Source of the DNA: a virus | Reading direction: 5' to 3' (one strand) | Length of the DNA stretch: 64,000 nucleotides | Virus record (IMG/VR): IMGVR_UViG_3300042468_000945 | Span: 54,099 to 118,098 of that record | Made by a program: the position numbers and the translations under genes | Shown here: piece by piece, positions 50,305-60,400 of the stretch | How positions within the stretch are numbered: the first letter of the stretch is position 1 | Layout of the letters: the number at the start of each line of letters is the position of its first letter | Notes under the pieces: model-generated | Seen by the model: only the letters and a program-made list of their open reading frames with translations | The model's database searches: none | Told to the model about the DNA's origin: nothing

Positions 50305-51542
50305 ACTTTACCTTTTAGCCATTTTTTCATAATACTAGCTGCTTGTTGTGCTTTACCAGTAGCATTAATGGGTGGAGTTTGTGGGTAATTTTTAGCTTTG
50401 GTTGTTTCCTCTAAAAATTCTTTAGCAGATATACCCTCTTTTTTAATTTGTTTTTCGTAGTTTTTTATTGATTTGTTTAGTCCAAGGAATATTTTATTTA
50501 GTGTTGAATCAACTAAATTTCCGTATAGCTTTTGTCTTACCTCATAAGCTTGGAAAAATTGTTGGTCTTGAACTAGAAATTCACTTTCAACATTCTTTAA
50601 AGCATCAAACAAAGATTTTTCTATTGTTTGTCTGTACTTTAAAAGTATAGGGTCTGCTGTAAACGTAGAATTATCTCTCTCCACATCCTCAGTCAAGTTT
50701 AATAGAATATCTTTAGTTCTGTATAGGTAATCAAACCCCCAACTACGAGATAACTTACCATAATTATTACCTGAAACTGTCCCTAGAGAGGTGTCTAAAG
50801 CAGTATCTAGCATTTTAAATTCATCATACAATCTGTCAACTTCTGTAACAAAAGAGAAGTTAGAGAACGATAAATACTTATTAATCTCGTTAGGGTATGT
50901 ACTTGCTAGGTTAAGAATTCCTTTAACAGCATCTTCACTAATAATATCTTCAACTAAACCTTTAATTTTAGATATGTTTTCTCTTATGTTATTAGCTAGT
51001 TGTTGATCCTTTAAGATTACACCAATTAACAATCTTTTTACTGTATCAGAGTTTAAATTATCTCTTTCTAAAAGGGGCATATAAACATTTTCGTAAGCAT
51101 TTTGAATTACAGCTAACTGTCCCCTGCTTCTATAATAGTCTTTAACTAATATAATTTCTGGGTTAGTTTGTCTTCTATAAATGTCCCTTTCAATTATTGT
51201 TTGAATGTTTTCTGGGGGAACTTGTGTTGTTTTATAGTTAGAATCATAAGGGGTGGCAAATTGTACTTTTGCAGCAGCAAAAAATGCGCTAAATACTTCG
51301 TCGTCAGAGTATTTAGCTTCTATTCTATTAATTTCTTCCTGTACTAGACTTGTAGTTGTCTTTACAATATCATATGTATCTTTAAGATAAGAATATGGAG
51401 AAGTTAACTCTACTTTAGTCTGGTTATTGTTCTCAGAGTTGGTTATTTTAATGGAAGTGGTGTCTTCTAGGGTTGTTAAAAGTTGGTCAACCTTCTTTTC
51501 TATTTCTCTTTTATCAATAAAACCAGAAAAACTATTGTTCAT
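50301..51542 (-). CDS. Hypothetical protein
   Basis: 413-aa helical-looking ORF coupled to the terminase stop (TAATG). Confidence 0.6.
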   Translation of the reverse strand: MNNSFSGFIDKREIEKKVDQLLTTLEDTTSIKITNSENNNQTKVELTSPYSYLKDTYDIVKTTTSLVQEEINRIEAKYSDDEVFSAFFAAAKVQFATPYDSNYKTTQVPPENIQTIIERDIYRRQTNPEIILVKDYYRSRGQLAVIQNAYENVYMPLLERDNLNSDTVKRLLIGVILKDQQLANNIRENISKIKGLVEDIISEDAVKGILNLASTYPNEINKYLSFSNFSFVTEVDRLYDEFKMLDTALDTSLGTVSGNNYGKLSRSWGFDYLYRTKDILLNLTEDVERDNSTFTADPILLKYRQTIEKSLFDALKNVESEFLVQDQQFFQAYEVRQKLYGNLVDSTLNKIFLGLNKSIKNYEKQIKKEGISAKEFLEETTKAKNYPQTPPINATGKAQQAASIMKKWLKGKV

Positions 51543-54500
51543 TAAAAATTATCCCTCTCATAACCATAAATTGAATCATCCAAAGATGATCTACTATAGA
51601 GAAAATCTACTGCTTCAAACTCATCTAAATCCATATTTAACATATTATTTTTAATTTGTCTTACAGCATCTTCTTCTGATGGTACAGCTATAACCCCAAA
51701 ATTATCTAAACTTTCGTTAGTCATAGTGTAAGGGTTCTCAAATAATGTAAATATCCCAAACATAGCAAACAAGAAACAGTCAATAATGTGCTCGTTCTTG
51801 CTTGTAAACTTAACAGTATTAGCTGTGGTTTTAATTACTTTATAATCTAAGAATTGTTTTTGAATGTCTTCTCTATTCTTGGGAATCATAAGAAGACTTT
51901 GTTGTGTTTTAGCTCGGAGGAGTTCTACAAGATATGGTTTTACTTTTATCTTCCTATCTTCTCCAGTAAGTTGATCAGGAACTACGACATTGGATTGGAA
52001 AGCTAACCTTGTAAGTTTTTGAGCTAAACCAAGCTCTGGTCGCAGTAAAGCAATACTATTTAAGTCTTCCCATTGCTTCTCAGAGGCCCCTTGGTCAATA
52101 ATCACAAGTGTAGGATTGAACACCTCAAAAAGTTCAACTATTCTGTTAACTGCTAAGGTATAAGTCCACTCACCCTTTGATATCTCTTCGTGCCATATAA
52201 ATTTAAGATTTTTTAGGTAGGGATCATATTGAGAAATAAGGATATTGGTTCCGCACTGTACTTTATCCCAGTCAACCGTTAAGAATATTGGATTATGTGG
52301 GTGAACCTGTTCCATTGACGGTTCCCAATCATATTTGAAAACATTATCAATATCTTCTTTTTTAAAGACTGCACTATCTTCTTCTGCAACTTCTAATAGG
52401 TACTCAGTTGTCCAGGTTGCTTCGCTATTGACAGCAATCCTTTCTTCTTCAATCATATCAAAATCCCATTCTTCATTTTCAGTAATGGGAATTTTAATTA
52501 TTGTTTCATTTTTTGATTTTTTTAAGTTCTTTTCAATTTTCTCGTAGTATTCACCTTCTGCTTTATTAAGAGTACCAGCAACATACGTCCTAATAGATTT
52601 ACGTCTTGTTAAGTCACCACGCATGATTGGCTTAATAACCCTCCAGTCTTCATCGGAGAGTCCTTGACCTTCATCAACAAACACCACGTCAGCAGTAATA
52701 CCACGAAGTTTGTCAGGAGCAGTACCGTTTACACCAAGAATATGTCCATGAATAGTAGAACCAGTAATAAATGTTCTCTTCATTGGGGCACTTGAGTTAC
52801 CTACTGGGTGTACAAACTCTTTTAGTAATGGATTAGCACCAATCCAATCATCAATTGCTTTAAAGAATTCAAGAATTTGAGTGCTTGATGGTGCAAACAC
52901 ATGAATAGCTTTACCCTCTCTTGTTACAGCATGCCATAAAGCAAGTACTGAAAAACAGAAACTATTATGAACAACTACATTGTTTGCTGAGAAGGAGAAG
53001 TTACAATTATCTTTGAGAATGATGTCATATACTTCCCGAATCCCTGCATTTGTTATATTAACAACAAGTTCCCACCTTCTAGGATTTTTAGCTTCGTGTA
53101 TAGCAACGTCTAGGTCTAAAATATCTCTTAAAAACAGATCAGCATCTAAACTATCATCTATTCTTATAAGACCATCCTTTGTCACCCTACAGAAAATATT
53201 AAATCTAAGTAATAGGTGTTGTAAATCAAAAGCAAATGGCTTATTAAATATGGATAAGGTAATATTTTTTTGTTTGTGGTCTAAACGACCATAATTAACA
53301 AATAAAATTTTAAAATAATTCTTTAATGTTAGATAATCAAAATTAAATACAACATCAGGAATGTGGTTCTTGGATATTGTAAAGTTAGCAATATCTTCAA
53401 GTTCTTCGTCAGTTACAGTATTAACTCCATGTTCATATGAACTAAAAGCAAGTATTTGATCACCTATTTTAATTTCACTTGCAGGAATCCAACCACTTTT
53501 CTTTTCATAAACAAGGTGGTCTAAAGAGGGGGTAAGTGACACGCCTGACTCTAATCTAAATTTTACGCAATTTTTATAAATGGGTATTGATAAACTTGCA
53601 CCTGAGTTTTCTGGTTTATTTGAATTTAAGTTGTAGGTAACAGTATTAAAATTATCTTTTACATCTTTAAGTCTTATTGGTCTTAATGTATCTGCATCAA
53701 CAATGAATGAATTCTTATCTAGGCAATTGTGCGTAGGAGTATAGTTATCAGTTATGTATAAATGATCTTCGTCACCAACTGTTATACATTGCATCTCCAC
53801 TCTGGAATCTAATTTTTCAACCTTAACTATAGTTCGTCTTAGATACCTTTCAGGAAGCCCAACACAATTTTTTCTTTCTAAATTGAAGATATTTAGTTCT
53901 GCTGGTACTGTAATGTGTGCTCTGTATCTAGTACCTGTAACCTTTCTTACACCATCCAAAGTGTAACACGCATCAGACTCCTTCACAGACACCTTACAAC
54001 CCAAAGATCGTGCAAGATCAGCAACATCATGGGTGAGTTGTTTAGATACAGTACAAAACTCTGCTGAACCATTCTTATTTCTTTCAGCATGACCATCTGT
54101 GTCCATTAAACCACGTAACAACCAAAGACGTTGTTCAACACTACTATACTTGTAAATATCAGGTATAAACTTAGTATGAGATTTTTTATTTGTCAGCCCT
54201 AAAGATTCTAGGTCTGGGAGGTATTCTTTTCCAAAATCTAAGAAATATCTTTTTGCCTTACTCTTAGTCTCAGAGACTCTTTTTAATTCAAAGCCAGTTC
54301 TTTTTTGAATGGTAGTAATGATTTCTTCATCAGCACTTGTAATCTCACCTGTTGATAGTGAACCATCACCCAATAATACACCCATTAAGTATGGGTCAAT
54401 AGGAAGTGTATTGGCACTATGCTCAACAGGTTTAACAGGGTTTAATTTATATCTGAACTCAGCTTTGTCACTGTACTTATAAATGTATGTGTTGAGAATC

Positions 54501-54988
54501 TCTTCTGTAGTTTTAACTACATTGCCACGTTGAAGTTTTCTTGTTAATCTAGATCCTTTACTTCCAAGTGCAGTATAAATCTCCCATTCGTGGTCTTTAC
54601 CCGAATCCACATAAGTACCATCTGATAAGTGGATTCTGTAAACATCTTGTATTCCATGAGGTATAATATTAGTTACAGGTGCTGTTTTACCATTCGGGGT
54701 AGACACTGTTGTACCTATTTTGACATCCCCCATTCTTATAGGACCTTTTGGAGTATACACTAAGGAGTCCAAAGGTTGCATTTTCCCGGCACGTCGATGG
54801 ACACATACCCAAGTATCTCGGGCAGTAGAGCTCATTATGATTCTTTGGGGGTACTGAGCCTTGAATGGCTTGTATGGGGGTCCTGGGTTTGGACTGAATA
54901 GAAACGTCTCAGCAAACGTTAAAGGACTGCTTTTTGCTTTCTGAAAAGCCTCCACCATTTCTGGTGTTAATTCATTCTGATCGAACAT
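51542..54988 (-). CDS. terL: Terminase large subunit with two tandem inteins
   Basis: AQYPQ adenine-binding Q, Walker A HRRAGK|S split by inteins, Walker B VVFVDEGQ, nuclease FLTVDWD and HIIDC; 542 aa after removing both inteins. Confidence 0.93.
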   Translation of the reverse strand: MFDQNELTPEMVEAFQKAKSSPLTFAETFLFSPNPGPPYKPFKAQYPQRIIMSSTARDTWVCVHRRAGKMQPLDSLVYTPKGPIRMGDVKIGTTVSTPNGKTAPVTNIIPHGIQDVYRIHLSDGTYVDSGKDHEWEIYTALGSKGSRLTRKLQRGNVVKTTEEILNTYIYKYSDKAEFRYKLNPVKPVEHSANTLPIDPYLMGVLLGDGSLSTGEITSADEEIITTIQKRTGFELKRVSETKSKAKRYFLDFGKEYLPDLESLGLTNKKSHTKFIPDIYKYSSVEQRLWLLRGLMDTDGHAERNKNGSAEFCTVSKQLTHDVADLARSLGCKVSVKESDACYTLDGVRKVTGTRYRAHITVPAELNIFNLERKNCVGLPERYLRRTIVKVEKLDSRVEMQCITVGDEDHLYITDNYTPTHNCLDKNSFIVDADTLRPIRLKDVKDNFNTVTYNLNSNKPENSGASLSIPIYKNCVKFRLESGVSLTPSLDHLVYEKKSGWIPASEIKIGDQILAFSSYEHGVNTVTDEELEDIANFTISKNHIPDVVFNFDYLTLKNYFKILFVNYGRLDHKQKNITLSIFNKPFAFDLQHLLLRFNIFCRVTKDGLIRIDDSLDADLFLRDILDLDVAIHEAKNPRRWELVVNITNAGIREVYDIILKDNCNFSFSANNVVVHNSFCFSVLALWHAVTREGKAIHVFAPSSTQILEFFKAIDDWIGANPLLKEFVHPVGNSSAPMKRTFITGSTIHGHILGVNGTAPDKLRGITADVVFVDEGQGLSDEDWRVIKPIMRGDLTRRKSIRTYVAGTLNKAEGEYYEKIEKNLKKSKNETIIKIPITENEEWDFDMIEEERIAVNSEATWTTEYLLEVAEEDSAVFKKEDIDNVFKYDWEPSMEQVHPHNPIFLTVDWDKVQCGTNILISQYDPYLKNLKFIWHEEISKGEWTYTLAVNRIVELFEVFNPTLVIIDQGASEKQWEDLNSIALLRPELGLAQKLTRLAFQSNVVVPDQLTGEDRKIKVKPYLVELLRAKTQQSLLMIPKNREDIQKQFLDYKVIKTTANTVKFTSKNEHIIDCFLFAMFGIFTLFENPYTMTNESLDNFGVIAVPSEEDAVRQIKNNMLNMDLDEFEAVDFLYSRSSLDDSIYGYERDNF
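52964..53725 (-). mobile_element. Class-1 intein with degenerate endonuclease remnant (residues 422-675)
   Basis: Starts CLDKNS; block B PSLDHL, block F VYDII, ends VVHN followed by Ser; remnant IPDVVF...DLQHLLLRFNI lacks acidic LAGLIDADG motifs. Confidence 0.9.
53726..54781 (-). mobile_element. Class-3 intein with LAGLIDADG homing endonuclease (residues 70-421)
   Basis: Starts MQPLDS; block B DHEW (Trp), block F MQCITV (Cys), block G PTHN (Thr); endonuclease motifs LMGVLLGDGS and LRGLMDTDG. Confidence 0.9.
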
Positions 54989-54998
54989 TGTCTATCTT

Positions 54999-55472
54999 TT
55001 ACCTTGATAAGTATCTTGATGCCATAATAGTTGCTTCGCTTCCTACTAGACCGTAATTTTTATTCATTTCTTGTTGGGTATTTTGAAAACTAGCATATGC
55101 TAAGTCCATACCCTGTGGAGAAGCAGAAAAGGGAACAGAAGCCATCATTCTAGCCTGTCCAGACCCTCTAATAAGCCCTCCAACATGTTTTGTGTATTCT
55201 CCAGCACCTAAAGCCATTGAGAAGGCTGTACCGCCAATAAATTGACCCCACCAACCAAAACCAGAAAACAGGTAACCACCAGCAATAGCTGTAGCAGTAT
55301 CTCGTACCTTGGATTCTTGTGGTGCGGTTATGAAAGTTAAACCACCTACAAGAGCAGTATTAGTAAGAAGGTTATGGTATGGGTTACCAGCAAGTTTACT
55401 GTTTCTCTTTAGTGCTCCAAAAGTTTTCCCAGCAAATTTTGCTCCGATAGGTGAAAATAATCTACCCAGCAT
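54999..55472 (-). CDS. Hypothetical Gly/Ala-rich hydrophobic protein
   Basis: 157 aa; TALVGGLTFI, AIAGGYLFSGFGWWGQFIGGTAFSMALG. Confidence 0.6.
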   Translation of the reverse strand: MLGRLFSPIGAKFAGKTFGALKRNSKLAGNPYHNLLTNTALVGGLTFITAPQESKVRDTATAIAGGYLFSGFGWWGQFIGGTAFSMALGAGEYTKHVGGLIRGSGQARMMASVPFSASPQGMDLAYASFQNTQQEMNKNYGLVGSEATIMASRYLSR

Positions 55473-56152
55473 TATAACCTACTATTCCTCCCCATTATCG
55501 CTCGTCCGTAAGACGCATTGGCACCCATGTCGTTAATATTTCTAATATTTGTACCATCATAGTACACGGTAGGGTCGGGTGTTTGATAAGGTAAACCTTG
55601 AATTAAACCAACAGCTGCGGAACCAACACCAAGAGCAGCAACACCCTTTTTAACCATGCTTTTATTAGGTGAAAATCTTCTTTCATCTGCTACTGTTCTT
55701 GTAAATGCGTGGCTACCACCTTGTACTTGTTGAACTTTAATACCTTTAAGACTTGCAGCAGCTTTAGCATCAACAGCATTGTCTATCAGATCTTGTTGTG
55801 TTATTGCTGTATCAGTATAGTCCACAGTCTGCCCAAACAATTTACCAACTTTACCACCTCTAGGGTTATGAGATTTCATACCCATTTTTTTGTAAAAATC
55901 AGGTGTAACTAGTTTTTCAATCTCACCCCCACTTACAAGCCTATCAGCGGTGTCGTTTGCGTAGGGGAATAGTTTTTTAACTGCTTGAGAAGCATTCTTT
56001 GCTTTAGCTCGAAAAATTCCAAAAAAGTTTGTATCTAAGGCATTTGTAGCACCTACAAATGCACCTTCTGCACCTTTAATAATATTAGATACTATTCTAG
56101 GGGCTTTTGCAAGGTTTCCAGCTAATGCACTAAATAAACTCATTATTATCAC
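55472..56152 (-). CDS. Hypothetical protein with C-terminal hydrophobic helix
   Basis: 226 aa; KGVAALGVGSAAVGLI. Confidence 0.55.
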   Translation of the reverse strand: MIIMSLFSALAGNLAKAPRIVSNIIKGAEGAFVGATNALDTNFFGIFRAKAKNASQAVKKLFPYANDTADRLVSGGEIEKLVTPDFYKKMGMKSHNPRGGKVGKLFGQTVDYTDTAITQQDLIDNAVDAKAAASLKGIKVQQVQGGSHAFTRTVADERRFSPNKSMVKKGVAALGVGSAAVGLIQGLPYQTPDPTVYYDGTNIRNINDMGANASYGRAIMGRNSRL

Positions 56153-56888
56153 CTTCTTTTGGTGGTTCTAGGGATTGTGGTTCTTCTCCAAACAACTGTG
56201 AAGTAAATAGTTTTTTGAGTTGTTCTTTATCCCCACCAAACTGTGCCGCCATAGTTAACCTATCCTTTCTAGAAGCAATTAAACTTTTCTTAGTAGAATC
56301 AATCTGCTTATCAATAGCATTAGCTACTTTTAATAGGGGGTGCTCTTTCATTTCACCAAAAGCTTTTTTAGTTTTATGGTCAATAGCGTTAACAGCTTCA
56401 ATAGTCATACCCTCTACAGCAATGTCCCAATCAATCCTTCTCCTATATATATAGAGTCTGACAAGGTTAGCAACGTCTAGAATATCAACAGCTTGACCAG
56501 GTTCAATATTAAGGTCTTTAACTAATGTTGTAAAGTGTTGGATTCCAAGATACTTTTCTTCTCTGCATCTTGTCCCTTCTAAGATATGGTAATTTGAAGG
56601 GTCCATTGCTTTTAAGGTAGGACACACAGAAGCATAGTGACACTTCTTTGTATTACAAATCATAGGCATGTCACTAATAACAGGAAGTTTTTTAGGGATT
56701 TTTACCTTATTTGATGGGTCCCATTTAGTATTGAACAACATAAAAGTTGCAAGATTCCACAAAGAATCATCAAATTCATCTTCAGTTATTGGAGCTACAA
56801 TACTAAACTTAGTAGCCTCACTCTTTATGCTGTCTTTTGAAGGTAAGTGAAACTCGCCTTCATGTTGTACTATATTATTATCTTCCAT
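56130..56888 (-). CDS. Hypothetical Cys-cluster protein (possible small terminase)
   Basis: ICNTKKCHYASVCP...TRC cluster then helical region; the ATG at 56888 (MEDNN) reduces the overlap with the upstream gene. Function inferred from position. Confidence 0.4.
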   Translation of the reverse strand: MEDNNIVQHEGEFHLPSKDSIKSEATKFSIVAPITEDEFDDSLWNLATFMLFNTKWDPSNKVKIPKKLPVISDMPMICNTKKCHYASVCPTLKAMDPSNYHILEGTRCREEKYLGIQHFTTLVKDLNIEPGQAVDILDVANLVRLYIYRRRIDWDIAVEGMTIEAVNAIDHKTKKAFGEMKEHPLLKVANAIDKQIDSTKKSLIASRKDRLTMAAQFGGDKEQLKKLFTSQLFGEEPQSLEPPKEGDNNEFI

Positions 56889-57312
56889 ATTTTTTAGGAT
56901 TTTTATACCCATGATTTAAATCGTTTAAATCATAGCTAATCTTTTTTAGACAAATTACTTTAACAATTTCATCATCCAAAATTCTTTTCTTATTTTTTAA
57001 GTGGTGTAAGTTCTTATATTGACTTACATTCTTGGCACCATAATTAGTATCCCACTCTTTTTTAGTAATATTTCTTAATCTTGTATCTCTTAAATATATT
57101 ACATCATAATACTCAGACGTTAATATATTCTTTTCCTCAGTACAATCATTAAGGAAATCATCATCACTAAAAACATTAAGTTTAAAGCTAGATGTTAGAT
57201 TTGTTGATTTAGCAAATCCTGCTTCTGGGTTAAGTACCAAGCAAAAGACAGGTAAAACATCAATATAATCATACTCGGTTTTTGGTACTGTAAAATCTGT
57301 GTGCATTTTCAT
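56878..57312 (-). CDS. Hypothetical protein
   Basis: 144 aa; GAGG RBS. Confidence 0.6.
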   Translation of the reverse strand: MKMHTDFTVPKTEYDYIDVLPVFCLVLNPEAGFAKSTNLTSSFKLNVFSDDDFLNDCTEEKNILTSEYYDVIYLRDTRLRNITKKEWDTNYGAKNVSQYKNLHHLKNKKRILDDEIVKVICLKKISYDLNDLNHGYKNPKKYGR

Positions 57313-57379
57313 AACTTCCTCAATAACAGTAATTAGTGTAATATTACAATTATTTTATTAATTTATTACTTTTGTACTT

Positions 57380-57397
57380 AAATAGAGACTTCTATTT
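57380..57397. promoter_or_regulatory. Inverted repeat giving a CTATTT motif on both strands of the divergent intergenic region
   Basis: aaataga-gact-tctattt; the same motif recurs upstream of several minus-strand genes. Confidence 0.4.
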
Positions 57398-57412
57398 GGT
57401 TAGTAGTAATAA

Positions 57413-60400
57413 ATGAGTATATTTGACGAAGGTTTAAAGAATAAACAGGAAGATAATGGTTATGAGTTAGGTGATTATAACTATAACAAAGGTGGGTTAC
57501 GATCTCTTGAACTGCCAGCAATGGGTGGTCTAACTCAACCAACTACTATTATTTTCAGAAACGGAAATGACGGCAAACCTCCAGAAGCTATAGCTGAACT
57601 TAAAAGATTACTTGACCTTCAAAATTCAAGGAAAAGTGCAAGTGATGAGGAAAGAAAGTTTTTAGCTAAACAAATAGCAAACCACTTAACCTCTCCTAGA
57701 ACACAGAGTTACTTTGAAAAGACTGCTTTCTTAAACATGGAAGCAGCCGCAAATATTGATATTGGAAGAGGTTTATCTTCCTTTGTTGAAAAAACGTATG
57801 CAAAACAAGGGTATGAAATAGAGATTATTAAAGCAAAACTTGTTGGAAGCACTACTGGTATTCCCCTACACGAATCAACCCTTGAAGCACATAAAAAGTA
57901 TCTTGCTGGACAAGGTAAAAACCCATTTGGAAAGTTTGGAGAGTATAATGTTGATACTAGCCAAACAGCGTATTACCACCTAGAAACAACAAAATCTGGA
58001 CATAACTTACTGCATATGAATGATATTCTTGCAGGATCAATGGTTATGGACTTTGACGGAGACATGGTTACATCTATGGTAGCCAGAAAACGAGACCCTG
58101 TAACTGGTAAAATAACTTCGGAATTTATGATTCCGTATAAAGAACCTCTTACCCAAAAAACCCCCAGATTTAGAAATATTGATTATGAAAGTGATATAAA
58201 GTTTAATAAAGGCAAACCTTTTGGAACGTTTGCTGGATTAAACTACTCTGATTTAGGTGTTCAAACAAACAAAGGAGAAATAAAAGCAGCGTTTTCTGGA
58301 GAAATGAGAAACAGAAAATATTCTGTTTTAGGTGATTTTTTACGTGCCTATGAAAAACCAGAAGCTAGAGAAGGGTTTTCACGAATCAGAGACATTGATT
58401 CTCTACGAGAAACATTAGCAGAAAAATCCTTTAAAGCCAATACTGTTGGGCTTGATACAAACCTGTACCAGGCACAAGCAAATATTGAAAACATTAGGGC
58501 TTTACATTACGTAAGAAGAGCAAATCCAAGTTTATACAAGCAAATGCTTCTTGAACAACAAGAACAGATTGCTGAATATCTTAGAACTTCAAGAACAGGA
58601 GATCAAACTATTCTAGGAACAAAAATAATTGGTAAAAAACAAAAATCAGAATTATATGGAGATAATTTTGAAGGTTTCCTAAACCGCTTAACAACTATTA
58701 ACTTAGATGACGCTGATAATTTAACCCCAGAAACAAACCAATTACTGCATGATCAATTAGTTAGTAGTACTCTTACTAGAGGTGTTTCAGATAGGTTCTT
58801 GGGTGAGTACCACCAAACACTAAGAACTAATGATCCAGCAAATCCTTTTATGAGTAATGGTCAACTAGATAATATTGACTGGATAGGTAAAGGACCATTA
58901 GCTAATCCTAACTATATATTTGAGATTGAAGGTGGTATGAAGACTACCAGAACTACAAATAAAGTTCAAGAAGTACAGGATGGAGTTAAGGATACTTATA
59001 GAAGATATGTAGATGGTAATCCATTTATCAATAAACTAAAAAACCTCCATAAATTAAAACCACAAGAACATGATGATCTCATATCCGAATTACTTGGACA
59101 AGAAGATGGTGAGTTTGTTGATAAATTTGTAGACGCTATGTTTTTAAATGATGTCCCTTATTCTGAAAGGGAGAAAACTATTGCCCAACTCATGGCAAAT
59201 AAGAAGGCAAAACCAGTTGGTGCGTTCTTTAAATATGAAGACGGACAGTATAAAAAAACTACATTAGCTAGATTACAAAAGGAGCATATTGTTGAAACTC
59301 AGGAGCTTTTTGGGTTTGCTGGTATTAGAAAAAACAGGGGTGTTGACTATACAGCTTCACCGCTTGCAATTCTAATCAGGGATATTAATGGTAACTTAGT
59401 AGGACCTTCAAAGGATGATATTATTGGTGTATCAGTTATGGGCAATGTTGCAGCTATGCAAGGCAGCAAAATGACAATGCTTAACAGAGAACAATACCTT
59501 GCATTAGAACTAGAAAGAAGGCTTCAAGATAGTAGATTTGCTGGTTCTAGAGGGTTTCTAGAAGCTCCAGAGCAAGGTAGTTTTAGTGCTAGTGATATAA
59601 AAAACAAATTAATGTATGATAATGATGGCTTCAGAAAAAAGATTTTTGAAGCGTATCAGGGAGTTCATCAAGCACCAACTCAAGATGATACACCAATTAT
59701 CCAAGACCTTATTAATAGATTAAGTAGCACTAATAAGGAAGAAGTATCAAGAACCCATAAAGAAATTATTAGAAGATATGACCTTACACATAGAAGAGAC
59801 CTAATGACGGCAGTACAAGGACACCTAAGAGACATTGTTGCTGCTGTTGGTGGTCGTAATAATATTGATGCTAGGATTGAAAACTATGGGTGGGGTGAGA
59901 ATGGGATTCAATTAAAAGGTGTAGCAGATGATGGTATTGATTCTCTTACAATAAGTGCTATGTCAAGTACGTTGGGTATTGATACTGAACATCTTGGCAT
60001 GAAATCCGAGCATAAGGCAAACATAATGATGGAAGCCTTTAAAAAGTTTGGTGGTTTTAATAGAAAAAATACTGGTTCAGAAAGCGATAGGTATTTATTA
60101 ATGACTATGGGGGAGAGGGCAGGTGAAATTACCCCAGTAGGTACAAATAAGAACTACTTTATGCCAAGAGACTTAGCTAAAAGAATGTCTGATATTCAAA
60201 GACAAACAATTGGTGGAACCGCATTAGGTAAGGTCAGGGTTGCATTAGCTGAAACTGAAATATCAGAAGAATATTTTAATATGATTAATCCTAGTGCGTC
60301 TTTAGGTCTAAAAAGGGCAGATGAAGGTTTAATCTTAATTTCAAAACAATTTAGTAATAGGGCGGCGGCAAAGATTAAGGCTCAGTTACGAGTTGGTCCA

